In this document: one piece after another, positions 48,701 through 62,824 of the stretch
Layout of the letters: the number at the start of each line of letters is the position of its first letter
How positions within the stretch are numbered: position 1 is the stretch's first letter
Assembly (NCBI GenBank): GCA_964187785.1
Contig: OZ076409.1
Coordinates: 52,392,001 to 52,456,000 of the forward strand
Direction: 5' to 3'
Length of the DNA stretch: 64,000 nt
Source: Amphiscolops sp. MND2022
Taxonomy: Eukaryota
The notes under the pieces: model-generated
Told to the model about the DNA's origin: nothing
Seen by the model: only the letters and a program-made list of their open reading frames with translations
Databases searched by the model: none
Position numbers and translations under genes: made by a program

Positions 48701-51700
48701 TGGACATTTCTGACGGGACTATATGCAAATAACAAGCTTGGACCAGCCTGATTTGGCCCCCAACTCAATTTTCTGAAAATTGCAAAGGACCTCAGTTTCA
48801 AACTTTTACAAATTTTTCAACAAAATATACCCCAAGAATTACGCCTGAGACTCGGAAGCGTCTTCTCAATTTCTCCCTAACAGGAATCACAAATAATCCA
48901 ATCAAGTTTGCTTCGGAAAATTTACTTGTTTGCGAGAAAAATTTTCAGCTTGCATAACTACTTTTCTCAAGCTGAAATCAGCTCTGAAAGCAAGGCGGTA
49001 CCCTGCGATCAAATGAAAGTTTTGGAACAATGCACAGAAGTGCAAAAAACTAAAAAGAGATATTTTCCTCAATGACAAAGAATGTTCATCAAATCCAGCG
49101 GCTCAAACGTTACAAAGAGATCACCCTCAAGTCGCGGGAAAATTATTTCTTTTTAGAGAAACCCTCAGAAACTAAAAATTGAAAAAAATGTCTTTCGAAG
49201 AATGTCTTGAAAAATATTTCTTTCGCCACAAAATGTTTTTGAAAAATGTCAAAAAAAGTGGCCAGCTATCGCATCATCATAAATTAGAGGTCTCCGTCGA
49301 AAATGTGCTAAAATGAATCAAAGCTTTCGTTTTCTGAACTTCTGTGAGTTTTCATAATGCATTGACTATTCTCGATTCATAAATTTATGTAGTTGTAGAA
49401 CAGTTTGGGCAGGATTAGATCTCGCTGCTCAGCGGGCGTCGTCTTGATATTGCTTCAGTTGATCCTGTTTGTTCCATAATATACCTGGCGATACTTCCGT
49501 GTTCGGAAATTTGGCCGTATGGCAAAAAAGTATTTCACAAAATTATTCGTGTAGAAAATCGAAAGTTTTGGTGATCTACTGTTTCTATCTTTTGACGAGT
49601 CCGACTTGTTGTCCAAAACGAAATCTGCGTTGAATCAAAGCTGAAACCAAAAAGTAACAAGAAGCGCAGAGTTTACCCAGCATCACTATTGCGTTTACCT
49701 AAAGTGGCATGGCACTATATAAGAGGTTATCTCTTTAAATAACCCTCTAACTTTAATGCCTACTTTGTTCAACGTACCTGCTAATACTGTTGACTAAAAT
49801 TCGTCATATTTACTCTAGAAACAAGATAGAATACCGTCGTCGTAACACATTCAACTTGAAATTGTTATTGAGTGACATTGATCATGGTGCAGTCAAAATG
49901 ACATCGATTAGCAGAAAAAACTTTTATAACAGACCTGACAGGCAGAAAATTTTCGAGTTACGAGTGAGGAAGAAAAGGAAAAAAAGAGAGCTAAAAGACA
50001 CAAACTTACAATTTCAAATTTAAAAAAAGACCATTCAAGATGCGAAAACTACTTCAGGGAAGGTTCATCCAATACTTCAAGATGACGCACAACAAAGGAC
50101 CTAATCACAATGACAACTGATTAAGAAATTATACCCGAATTCAGAAAAGATCAGGAAGCGAGAGAAGGACATGCTCATCTGGGCGTAAGGAGAAGCCGCT
50201 CTAACGGAGATGACGAAGACAATGAGGGAGAGCGATCCGAACCAGATGAAACTAAACCAATTATTCTTGTTTGTCCGACTTCATTTCACACCTGGAAGAA
50301 ACCAACTTTCCAGAAAAGCTGACTTTTTTGAAATGGTGTGAGAATCCAAAAAAAGCTGAAAATGTGTAAATCAGATTGTTTCAAGTGGAGCAGATTATCG
50401 AATGCGACAACGTTACACCACCAGAGCTAAAAGTTTCAATATTCCAATCATTATTCGAAAGATCCACCAGAGATTACGGGCTGAGCAAGAAGAAATCTGA
50501 TGACTGAAACGAAAACAGATAATTGATGAAGGACCGGCTAAAAGATACCAATAATTCAATTGACAGGAGAAATGTAGAGCACGTCCAGGAAAGACCTCAG
50601 AGAAAAAATTGTCTAAAAAATTCGGTTGACAGAAGCAAAAGACGACGGGAATAACAAAGAGTAGATTACAAAGATAATTGGTGCGGACAATGTGGGGGAC
50701 AGAACTGGACCTGAAAGCATAACTGCACAGCAAGAAGTGTCGAATGCAGAAATTCTGAAAAGAAAGAAAGGGCATCATGAAAAGATGTGCAGACTCCCCA
50801 AGATGAAGCAACACGTAGATAAGAGGTTGTTGTCCAGTAGTCTGTTATGGAGAGATAATTGCAGTTTTCTGAATTATCTCAAATTGACACCGAAAATGAC
50901 AAAAACCCAAAGATTTCCTTACTTCAATTTTTTTTGCAAGTTTTGTCAAACTTTTGACAGACCTCATGGATAAGAATGTTGGAAAGGTTAACAAGGGAAA
51001 AATGTGTTGTCAAATAAGCTTAGTGAAGAGATAAATGTAGTTTTTTAAATGAAAAATGTCTGGGGAATTGACATTGAAAAAGTGTAAATTTCGAAATTTT
51101 CTGATTTTCAACACTTTTCAATTTTTGTCAAACTATTTACAGACTTATTGGACAATAATTTCAATCAACCCTCATTAAGCAAAGAAACCAAAAAAATGGT
51201 TTCAAAGCTTCAACAAAGACTAATCCCGGTATCCATTAGGCGTTCTGGAAGATTTAACTGCATTTTGTTGATGGGATTGTCCTCAAAAACACTCCAAACT
51301 TCAAAGAACGGCAAAGAAGCACGTATTAGCGACAAATTAAGCCCATATCTCGTTCAAACCACGAAAATTTTTGTGTAATAGAATTTCCATTGACCTGAAC
51401 GTTGGAACTAATCGGTAGGTAAAAAGTGGTATGAACAAAGGTGTCGAATATTCTAAATTACTTCACTTTTCCACAACAAAGTCCCAATTTTGGAACCTTT
51501 CCAAAAAATGACTTCAATAGAAAAAACCTTAGGCTCACAATTGAAACGTGTAGCTACCGGTTTCGACAAGATGTCAGAATGTTTGTTTGCACAAGGAAGA
51601 AAACGTAAAAACGACACAAAAATCAAAACTTTGTTTACTTCTTCAAATTTTTTTGTAAATTTTCTAGCTAATTTGTGGACTAGAATGGTTAAAACATTCA

Positions 51701-53942
51701 ACAACAACCGAACTCAGTGTCCAGTAGGCTTTTTTGGAAGAGATATCTAAAGTTTCATGCGAACAAAGTTTCTCAAATTGACCCCCAAATTGTCGAAAGT
51801 TTCAAAATTTTCCAATTTTGGACATTTCTGACGGGACTATATGCAAATAACAAGCTTGGACCAGCCTGATTTGGCCCCCAACTCAACTTTCTGAAAATTG
51901 CAAAGGACCTCAGTTTCAAACTTTTACAAATTTTTCAACAAAATATACCCCAAGAATTACGCCTGAGACTCGGAAGCGTCTTCTCAATTTCTCCCTAACA
52001 GGAATCACAAATAATCCAATCAAGTTTGCTTCGGAAAATTTACTTGTTTGCGAGAAAAATTTTCAGCTTGCATAACTACTTTTCTCAAGCTGAAATCAGC
52101 TCTGAAAGCAAGGCGGTACCCTGCGATCAAATGAAAGTTTTGGAACAATGCACAGAAGTGCAAAAAACTAAAAAGAGATATTTTTCTCAATGACAAAGAA
52201 TGTTCATCAAATCCAGCGGCTCAAACGTTACAAAGAGATCACCCTCAAGTCGCGGGAAAATTATTTCTTTTTAGAGAAACCCTCAGAAACTAAAAATTGA
52301 AAAAAATGTCTTTCGAAGAATGTCTTGAAAAATATTTCTTTCGCCAAAAAATGTTTTTGAAAAATGTCAAAAAAAGTGGCCAGCTATCGCATCATCATAA
52401 ATTAGAGGTCTCCGTCGAAAATGTGCTAAAATGAATCAAAGCTTTCGTTTTCTGAACTTCTGTGAGTTTTCATAATGCATTGACTATTCTCGATTCATAA
52501 ATTTATGTAGTTGTAGAACAGTTTGGGCAGGATTAGATCTCGCTGCTCAGCGGGCGTCGTCTTGATATTGCTTCAGTTGATCCTGTTTGTTCCATAATAT
52601 ACCTGGAGATACTTCCGTGTTCGGAAATTTGGCCGTATGGCAAAAAAGTATTTCACAAAATTATTCGTGTAGAAAATCGAAAGTTTTGGTGATCTACTGT
52701 TTCTATCTTTTGACGTGTCCGACTTGTTGTCCAAAACGAAATCTGCGTTGAATCAAAGCAGAAACCAAAAAGTAACAAGAAGCGCAGAGTTTACCCAGCA
52801 TCACTATTGCGTTTACCTAAAGTGGCATGGCACTATATAAGAGGTTATCTCTTTAAATAACCCTCTAACTTTAATGCCTACTTTGTTCAACGTACCTGCT
52901 AATACTGTTGACTAAAATTCGTCATATTTACTCTAGAAACAAGATAGAATACCGTCGTCGTAACACATTCAACTTGAAATTGTTATTGAGTGACATTGAT
53001 CATGGTGCAGTCAAAATGACATCGATTAGCAGAAAAAACTTTTATGACAGACCTGACAGGCAGAAAATTTTCGAGTTACGAGTGAGGAAGAAAAGGAAAA
53101 AAAGAGAGCTAAAAGACACAAACTTACAATTTCAAATTGAAAAAAAAGACCATTCAAGATGCGAAAACTATTTCAGGGAAGGTTCATCCAATACTTCAAG
53201 TTGACGCACAACAAAGGACCTAATCACAATGACAACTGATTAAGAAATTATACCCGAATTCAGAAAAGATCAGGAAGCGAGAGAAGGACATGCTCATCTG
53301 GGCGTAAGGAGAAGCCGCTCTAACGGAGATGACGAAGACAATGAGGGAGAGCGATCCGAACCAGATGAAACTAAACCAATTATTCTTGTTTGTCCGACTT
53401 CATTTCACACCTGGAAGAAACCAACTTTCCAGAAAAGCTGACTTTTTTGAAATGGTGTGAGAATCCAAAAAAAGCTGAAAATGTGTAAATCAGATTGTTT
53501 CAAGTGGAGCAGATTATCGAATGCGACAACGTTACACCACCAGAGCTAAAAGTTTCAATATTCCAATCATTATTCAAAAGATCCACCAGAGATTACGGGC
53601 TGAGCAAGAAGAAATCTGATGACTGAAACGAAAACAGATAATTGATGAAGGACCGGCTAAAAGATACCAATAATTCAATTGACAGGAGAAATGTAGAGCA
53701 CGTCCAGGAAAGACCTCAGAGAAAAAATTGTCTAAAAAATTCGGTTGACAGAAGCAAAAGACGACGGGAATAACAAAGAGTAGATTACAAAGATAATTGG
53801 TGCGGACAATGTGGGGGACAGAACTGGACCTGAAAGCATAACTGCACAGCAAGAAGTGTCGAATGCAGAAATTCTGAAAAGAAAGAAAGGGCATCATGAA
53901 AAGATGTGCAGACTCCCCAAGATGAAGCAACACGTAGATAAA
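47704..53942 (+). repeat. Tandem duplication, 2 x ~3118 bp, near-identical
   Basis: Matching ORFs are offset by 3118 (48030/51148, 48372/51490, 49790/52908). Junction at ~50821. Confidence 0.95.
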
Positions 53943-55480
53943 GCAACATCATCAGTCAACGAAGCAAACATAACACCGTTGAAGCGACTAGATTGGATGA
54001 AACGGCTTGGAATAGCATAGTGGTAAACTCTACAACCCACAACAGCAAAATACACAATATTTGAATTTACGCGGAGGAAATGACTATTCCTAAACTGAAA
54101 AGCGAATTCAAAAACCTGTTTCAACTCAAATAATCAACCCAAAAGAAGACACAAAAAGCATACAACAAAAAACGCCCAATACTTTATCATTTACCAGATA
54201 AATGAGCAGTACAATTAAAAAGACGGGTACCAATAGAGGGCAACTAAAATAACAGAACGTTGATTTGTAAGCCCCACAGTAAAAGTAGTTAAGAAAGTCA
54301 AATCGATACAGACCGTGCCGGACTTAAGTAAACTAAACGGAGCAACAATCAAAAGAATGGCCTAGTCGGCGCCCCGCTCGAGGCACAAATTTGTACCCGG
54401 GGACGGATGTTAGTATCTTTTGTTGGATAAAGATTTGTTTGGAAGTTTTTAGTTCCTTTTTGACTGGACATGTTCCAAAGATAAGCGTTATGAGGAAGCG
54501 AGTCACAGCATGTAATAAAAAAGTCTGTGTCATCAATCTTTACTAAAACAATGATTCGTTAATTCGACTGGTAAAAAGCGTCGCAGAAATATTGCCATTT
54601 AATTGCGAAGAAAACGTCAAGTAATCTTGTCATAAACTTAGTTTATTGACAAATCTGAGTACATTTTTGAAAGCAATTGAAAAACGAAACCGAGAAAGCA
54701 ACAATGAAAAATCCAACAAGGAAAACAAGATAACAAAGTACAAAAGAAACTCGAAAACGAAAAGAATGGACAAACAATTGGTGGCCGTTGTACCTCTTGA
54801 CTAGGAGAGTGAAGACAATTTCAACAAGATGAAATTGTTAAAAAGCCTGGTTTGACATGGAAAGAATAAGACGGCATCGTCCAAAGTCGGCACCCGGCTC
54901 AAGAGATCGACGCTCGCTGGCAACGCTTGCTAGCCAATAATCCCCGTAAACACAAGAGAAGAGAGATACAGTCTCAAATTTTTCTAGACTAGAGCTCTTT
55001 GCGTCTCTTTTGTGAGCGTACCACCTTCGAGAACCAAACATTTTCAAATCTCGAAACCTTTGCTTGGATTGATTCAACCATCACTTTAGTTTAGAGTCAC
55101 CTACAGCAAAATGCGGTAGCAGAAGTAAGTCGCCTTAAAAATCTACAAAATCACCAACTTCGTTGGCCGCTACAACAGACAGGAAAGTCAACCGGTGTAA
55201 GGAGATCTATCTAAAGAACGCATCTCTCCATTCCGAATTTAACAACCGTGATGTTAAATCTATGACTAGATTTCCTCTGGTTTCAAATTAAATCGGATGC
55301 GAGGATGGTTGTTTTAAATTGTTTTCAGCTAGTTTGCTTTTCTTTTGTAGTTCTAGGATTGCTCAAGTTGAAAACCTCTTTGTCTTTTAGGAAAGAATTT
55401 AAATTTAAGCTGAGAAAGTACAAGTTAGCAACTTCCATTATTTTATCGTTTTGCACAACTGGAATTGAACATAGCTGGTG
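49550..55480 (+). pseudogene. Heavily decayed LTR-retrotransposon relic, amplified by the tandem duplications
   Basis: TATATAA box; ...CA|TGGTGCAGTC LTR-end/PBS-like junction (~49884, copy ~53002); LDWMKRLGI protease-end-like motif. Confidence 0.5.
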
Positions 55481-58400
55481 AGGTTTGTTTGACCTCATTC
55501 TTGTTTGTCCGACTTCATTTCACACCTGGAAGAAACCAACTTTCCAGAAAAGCTGACTTTTTTGAAATGGTGTGAGAATCCAAAAAAAGCTGAAAATGTG
55601 TAAATCAGATTGTTTCAAGTGGAGCAGATTATCGAATGCGACAACGTTACACCACCAGAGCTAAAAGTTTCAATATTCCAATCATTATTCGAAAGATCCA
55701 CCAGAGATTACGGGCTGAGCAAGAAGAAATCTGATGACTGAAACGAAAACAGATAATTGATGAAGGACCGGCTAAAAGATTCCAATAATTCAATTGACAG
55801 GAGAAATGTAGAGCACGTCCAGGAAAACCTCAGAGAAAAAATTGTCTAAAAAATTCGGTTGACAGAAGCAAAAGACGACGGGAATAACAAAGAGTAGATT
55901 ACAAAGATAATTGGTGCGGACAATGTGGGGGACAGAACTGGACCAGAAAACATAACTGCACAACAAGAAGTGTCGAATGCAGAAATTCTGAAAAGAAAGA
56001 AAGGGCATCATGAAAAGATGTGCAGACTCCCCAAGATGAAGCAACACGTAGATAAAGCAACATCATCAGTCAACGAAGCAAACATAACACCGTTGAAGCG
56101 ACTAGATTGGATGAAACGGCTTGGAATAGCATAGTGGTAAACTCTACAACCCACAACAGCAAAATACACAATATTTGAATTTACGCGGAGGAAAAGACTA
56201 TTCCTAAACTGAAAAGCGAATTCAAAAACCTGTTTCAACCCAAAAAATCAACCCAAAAGAAGACACAAAAAGCATACAACAAAAAACGCCCAATACTTTA
56301 TCATTTACCAGATAAATGAGCAGTACAATTAAAAAGACGGGTACCAGTAGAGGGCAACTAAAATAACAGAAGGTTGATTTGTAAGCCCCACAGTAAAAGT
56401 AGTTAAGAAAGTCAAATCGATACAGACCGTGCCGGATTTAAGTAAACTAAACGAAGCAACAATCAAAAGAATGGCCTAGTCGGCGCCTCGCTCAAGGCAC
56501 AAATTTGTACCCGGGGACGGATGTTAGTATCACTTGTTGGATAAAGATTTGTTTGGAAGTTTTTAGTTCCTTTTTGACTGGACATGTTCCAAAGATAAGC
56601 GTTATGAGGAAGCGAGTCACAGCATGTAATAAAGAAGTCTGTGTCATCAATCTTTACTACAACAATGATTCGTTAATTCGACTGGTAAAAAGCGTCGCAG
56701 AAATATTGCCATTTAATTGCGAAGAAAACGTCAAGTAATCTTGTCATAAACTTAGTTTATTGACAAATCTGAGTACATTTTTGAAAGCAATTGAAAAACG
56801 AAACCGAGAAAGCAACAATGAAAAATCCAACAAGGAAAACAAGATAACAAAGTACAAAAGAAACTCGAAAACGAAAAGAATGGACAAACAATTGGTGGCC
56901 GTTGTACCTCTTGACTAGGAGAGTGAAGACAATTTCAACAAGATGAAATTGTTAAAAAGCCTGGTTTGACATGGAAAGAATAAGACGGTATCGTCCAAAG
57001 TCGGCACCCGGCTGAAGAGATCGACGCTCGCTTGCAACGCACGCTAGCCAATAATCCCCGTAAACACAAGAGAAGAGAGATACAGTCTCAAATTTTTCTA
57101 GACTAGAGCTCTTTGCGTCTCTTTTGTGAGCGTACCACCTTCGAGAACCAAACATTTTCAAATCTCGAAACCTTTGCTTGGATTGATTCAACCATCACTT
57201 TAGTTTAGAGTCACCTACAGCAAAATGCGGTAGCAGAAGTAAGTCGCCTTAAAAATCTACAAAATCACCAACTTCGTTGGCCGCTACAACAGACAGGAAA
57301 GTCAACCGGTGTAAGGAGATCTATCTAAAGAACGCATCTCTCCATTCCGAATTTAACAACCGTGACTAGATGTTAAATCTATGACTAGATTTCCTCTGGT
57401 TTCAAATTAAATCGGATGCGAGGATGGTTGTTTCAAATTGTTTTCAGCTAGTTTGCTTTTCTTTTGTAGTTCTAGGATTGCTCAAGTTGAAAACCTCTTT
57501 GTCTTTTAGGAAAGAATTTAAATTTAAGCTGAGAAAGTACAAGTTAGCAACTTCCATTATTTTATCATTTTGCACAACTGGAATTGAACATAGCTGGTGA
57601 GGTTTGTTTGACCTCATTCTTGTTTGTCCGACTTCATTTCACACCTGGAAGAAACCAACTTTCCAGAAAAGCTGACTTTTTTGAAATGGTGTGAGAATCC
57701 AAAAAAAGGTGAAAATGTGTAAATCAGATTGTTTCAAGTGGAGCAGATTATCGAATGCGACAACGTTACACCACCAGAGCTAAAAGTTTCAATATTCCAA
57801 TCATTATTCGAAAGATCCACCAGAGATTACGGGCTGAGCAAGAAGAAATCTGATGACTGAAACGAAAACAGATAATTGATGAAGGACCGGCTAAAAGATT
57901 CCAATAATTCAATTGACAGGAGAAATGTAGAGCACGTCCAGGAAAGACCTCAGAGAAAAAATTGTCTAAAAAATTCGGTTGACAGAAGCAAAAGACGACG
58001 GGAATAACAAAGAGTAGATTACAAAGATAATTGGTGCGGACAATGTGGGGGACAGAACTGGACCTGAAAGCATAACTGCACAACAAGAAGTGTCGAATGC
58101 AGAAATTCTGAAAAGAAAGAAAGGGCATCATGAAAAGTTGTGCAGACTCCCCAAGATGAAGCAACACGTAGATAAAGCAACATCATCAGTCAACGAAGCA
58201 AACATAACACCGTTGAAGCGACTAGATTGGATGAAACGGCTTGGAATAGCATAGTGGTAAACTCTACAACCCACAACAGCAAAATACACAATATTTGAAT
58301 TTACGCGGAGGAAAAGACTATTCCTAAACTGAAAAGCGAATTCAAAAACCTGTTTCAACCCAAAAAATCAACCCAAAAGAAGACACAAAAAGCATACAAC

Positions 58401-59724
58401 AAAAAACGCCCAATACTTTATCATTTACCAGATAAATGAGTAGTACAATTAAAAAGACGGGTACCAGTAGAGGGCAACTAAAATAACAGAAGGTTGATTT
58501 GTAAGCCCCACAGTAAAAGTAGTTAAGAAAGTCAAATCGATACAGACCGTGCCGGATTTAAGTAAACTAAACGAAGCAACAATCAAAAGAATGGCCTAGT
58601 CGGCGCCCCGCTCAAGGCACAAATTTGTACCCGGGGACGGATGTTAGTATCACTTGTTGGATAAAGATTTGTTTGGAAGTTTTTAGTTCCTTTTTGACTG
58701 GACATGTTCCAAAGATAAGCGTTATGAGGAAGCGAGTCACAGCATGTAATAAAGAAGTCTGTGTCATCAATCTTTACTACAACAATGATTCGTTAATTCG
58801 ACTGGTAAAAAGCGCCGCAGAAATATTGCCATTTAATTGCGAAGAAAACGTCAAGTAATCTTGTCATAAACTTAGTTTATTGACAAATCTGAGTACATTT
58901 TTGAAAGCAATTGAAAAACGAAACCGAGAAAGCAACAATGAAAAATTCAACAAGGAAAACAAGATAACAAAGTACAAAAGAAACTCGAAAACGAAAAGAA
59001 TGGACAAACAATTGGTGGCCGTTGTACCTCTTGACTAGGAGAGTGAAGACAATTTCAACAAGATGAAATTGTTAAAAAGCCTGGTTTGACATGGAAAGAA
59101 TAAGGCGGTATCGTCCAAAGTCGGCACCCGGCTGAAGAGATCGACGCTCGCTTGCAACGCACGCTAGCCAATAATCCCCGTAAACACAAGAGAAGAGAGA
59201 TACAGTCTCAAATTTTTCTAGACTAGAGCTCTTTGCGTCTCTTTTGTGAGCGTACCACCTTCGAGAACCAAACATTTTCAAATCTCGAAACCTTTGCTTG
59301 GATTGATTCAACCATCACTTTGGTTTAGAGTCACCTACAGCAAAATGCGGTAGCAGAAGTAAGTCGCCTTAAAAGTCTACAAAATCACCAACTTCGTTGG
59401 CCGCTACAACAGACAGGAAAGTCAACCGGTGTAAGGAGATCTATCTAAAGAACGCATCTCTCCATTCCGAATTTAACAACCGTGACTAGATGTTAAATCT
59501 ATGACTAGAGTTCCTCTGGTTTCAAATTAAATCGGATGCGAGGATGGTTGTTTTAAATTGTTTTCAGCTAGTTTGCTTTTCTTTTGTAGTTCTAGGATTG
59601 CTCAAGTTGAAAACCTCTTTGTCTTTTAGGAAAGAATTTAAATTTAAGCTGAGAAAGTACAAGTTAGCAACTTCCATTATTTTATCATTTTGCACAACTG
59701 GAATTGAACATAGCTGGTGAGGTT
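53382..59724 (+). repeat. Tandem triplication, 3 x ~2115-2120 bp
   Basis: ORFs 53811/55925/58045 and 54838/56952/59072 repeat. Junctions at ~55497 and ~57616. Confidence 0.95.
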
Positions 59725-60026
59725 CCGAAGCAAAGTTGAAATTTGAAGGATGAAGTTGAGACAAAAGCCATAACTGCTTTCTTCTTCGGAGTTAGTTTGT
59801 TGAATGATGAAGAATAATTTTTCTTTCGCTTTTCGAAAGGTTCAACAAGTTTTTTTCATGAATATTGCCAAGAGTTAAATAATTGAGCAGCTTCGAGAGT
59901 AAAATCATAACATGAAATTTAGAATTAATTGTAATTAACAAGGGATGTTTCGAGCAGGTTAAAACAGGGGTTAGATGATTGAACGAGATATAGCACTTTT
60001 GTTTTAAGAGTACAGATATAGTTCAT

Positions 60027-60485
60027 TTTATAAACACCCCTACTAAAGCATAGCAATTTACAACCTTTTGCACATTGAGATATACGCCAGAAAACTATTG
60101 CGGTCACTCTCTACACATTTGTTCGACTCTGTAATTTGTATAGTGACTCATAGCGTTTGTTTCTACAAGTTGGAAAGTAGAGACTCTGCATAATATCTCA
60201 AAAGGCAATTATACCAAAATGCCTATCATATGCATTAAGTTAGCCTATACAAGATTTGGCATTTTGCTATTATTGCCTTTTGAGATATAATACAGAGTCT
60301 GTACTTTCCAACTTGTAGAAACAAACGCTATGAGTCACTATACAAATTACAGAGTCGAACAAATGTGTAGAGAGTGACCGCAATAGTTTTCTGACGTATA
60401 TCTCAATGTGTAAAAGACTGTAAATTGTTATGCTTTAGTAGGGGTGTTTATAAACACCCCTACTAAAGCATAACATTTTACAGTC
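60027..60485. repeat. Long foldback hairpin (~195-bp arms) plus an extra partial arm
   Basis: 60027-~60222 is inverted at ~60258-60454. The terminus TTTATAAACACCCCTACTAAAGCA recurs at 60447, forming a second palindrome. Confidence 0.88.
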
Positions 60486-61652
60486 GTTTGTTGTCTGATT
60501 GAGATTATAGCACAAATTATAACTTCAAGTGTTGGTAAAAGAAAGGTGTTGATGAAAGTAATCTATACATTGATATTAAACAAATTAGCAGTTTTACTTT
60601 GTAAGTATGAACGGTTTCTCAATTGCGTAGCTCCGGCCTCTCATCGGACACCCTACAAGAGTAGGGCTGAGCTACTTGCCTGATAGGTAACCTTGCTGCA
60701 CTTATTTTCCTTCTATATGAGTAAGGGTCTCTTCTCCTTGGGCTGTCTCTAGTTCCATTGGTTGGACTACACTTGCTAACTTTCCCGAAATCGAGTTCAG
60801 TAAACATTTCGTTTTACTGAAACATATTTTTGATTCTTTACAAACGCTCATTTGTCTCGTTTGTTTAGCGGAAGCTGGGATAGAGGGTCGGGAAGTGTTC
60901 ATGCCGTGGAGTCAAAACACTCCCGTTGACTTCCATTTTTGACTTTGTTCGCTTTTCTTCAATTATACGTTACTGTAAAGTCACCTTTTACCAAATTAAT
61001 TTTTTCCAGCAAAGTCGCGCAGTTGCAAAAAACCCCAAAAGTAAAAGGAGAACCCTGTAACAATTTTGAAAGTAAAGCCCTAAATAAAAACATGAAAAAG
61101 TTTGAACGAGAGTTTAATGGTAAAGTTTCGAAAAAAACCTCCTTGTTCCAAAAAGATAACAAGAAGGGGGAGCCTTTGGTCTCAAATGTTTTTGAGAAAA
61201 CGGTAAACTATATTAAAAATTCAAAAGAAGTACTTTTTAGCCTCTATGAGTTCCTAAAATACTTTTTAAAACTGAGGCGTGAAGTCTTTAAAAGGTGGAC
61301 CATTCAGTTTGAGGTCTGTGATCTCACAAAAAACTTGCCTCTGTTTGCAAAAAGGGCCATCTTTTCGCTGTAACTTTCTTATTTCTGTAACTTTGTATTT
61401 CTATAAAAAACGTATGTGTAAAAAGTCCATTTTACAAGTTCTTTATTCACAACAAGTAGTCTAGTGTTCTGCTGGATGGATTAGGATTAATAGGAATCAA
61501 TGTTAAAACAAAGAAATCAAAGGAGTCAAAAAGTTAGTGAAAGAACAACGTGGCATCAATCTATAGAAATTCAGAACGTTAACGTTCGCTTGTTCCGTTT
61601 GGATTGCTGGAATGCGTTCTTCACTTTCCACACAAACATTATTTGAAAATAG

Positions 61653-62075
61653 AAAAGCCGGGACCTAGAAAATGGCTCCATATCAAATGCTCAAAATTAA
61701 CAAAAGGACTTCAAAATAACAAAGTATTGGTGAATTGGGGACCCTTTTACAAAAAAATTGAAAAAAAGTCTCCTAATGCCGAAAAAACTGAGAGGGATTT
61801 TTCAACATCCATTCTGTCGATGAAAATTGAAGGGGGACCCTTTGGGGGAAAAATGTTCCCGAAAAAAGTTTCGCAATGCCGAAAAAGACAGAGAAAGGTA
61901 CCCTTTGGCCCCGTCCGGTATTGTATGTTACGCGGGAAACATTTTTGGTTTAGTTCATTGGGCCAACGGGTACAATTTGGCGTCTTCTATTTTGGTCACT
62001 TCAGGTTTATCGAAAAAAACTGACGAAAAGCCGTGACTATAGTCGACTTTTTTCTCTAAAAAGCGCCGACTAAAA
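61653..62075 (-). mobile_element. HINE family A copy, reverse orientation
   Basis: GCGCCGACTAAAA at 62063-62075. The reverse complement of the 3' ...GAGCATTTGATATGG...TCCCGGCTTTT end lies at 61653-61697. Confidence 0.65.
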
Positions 62076-62824
62076 GCGCATAGCCTGATTTTCCCGCAAT
62101 TTATCCCATTTAAGAAGCTGTAGATTGCATCTGAAGAAAATAAATACAATGAAAGTGACCGAATCTGCAAATACGAACATCCGCTTTAGCTAGGCCCTAA
62201 GACCCCGCAGCCCAGCAAGAAACAAGAAAAAACAAGAAAAGGGCAAAATTCAAATCATTTTTTCGTTATTTTCTTTTTTAAGCTATACATTTGTTTTTCC
62301 GGAACAAGCATGTACATTTAGTAGTATTGGATTTCAAAAAATGGGCCTATTGGCATTATCTGGGCCCTAAATCCCAACTTCTGCTCGCTTTCAGACAAAA
62401 ACCGGAAAAATGTTGTTTTTGACCTTAAAAAAAGGAATACATCACTTTATATCACACGTTATATTTGAAAACGCTGTTTCTATGAGTTCGATATGAAAAC
62501 AAAATTATTGTACCTTCGCAAGATTCAAACTCAAATCCTCCTCCTGCTTCACAGTGTTACGCTCTAATCACTCTGCAATCGGGCTTGAAATTTGAAGCAG
62601 TTTAGTATAACTTGTAGAAATACTTTTGGAATGAAACCACTAGTGACCGTTTGAGAAAAAACTTCCCAATAAAAGAGTCTATCGTTTTTCTAGCAAGCGA
62701 CGACTTAAGAAGGATGTTTGGGTTTTGAAAAATGTTTTTTTTTTAGAATCACTCGTCTTTCATCAAGTTTTTCGGATCTGAAAGAAAAACGGTTGGCCAC
62801 AAAATTTGAAATATCGCCCCTGAC

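Larger units (their letters stand above)
46689..62822. mobile_element. hAT-type TIR-bounded element coinciding with a 16.1-kb RNF213 intron (46683-62824)
   Basis: TIRs CAGGGGTGATATTT and (reverse complement) CAGGGGCGATATTT. 8-bp flanks on the gene strand are ACTCAAGT and GCTAAGGT (5/8 identical). Confidence 0.65.

Noticed and set aside
48030..59311. Repeated short ORFs as a gene family
   Set aside because: They are by-products of tandemly duplicated decayed repeat DNA.
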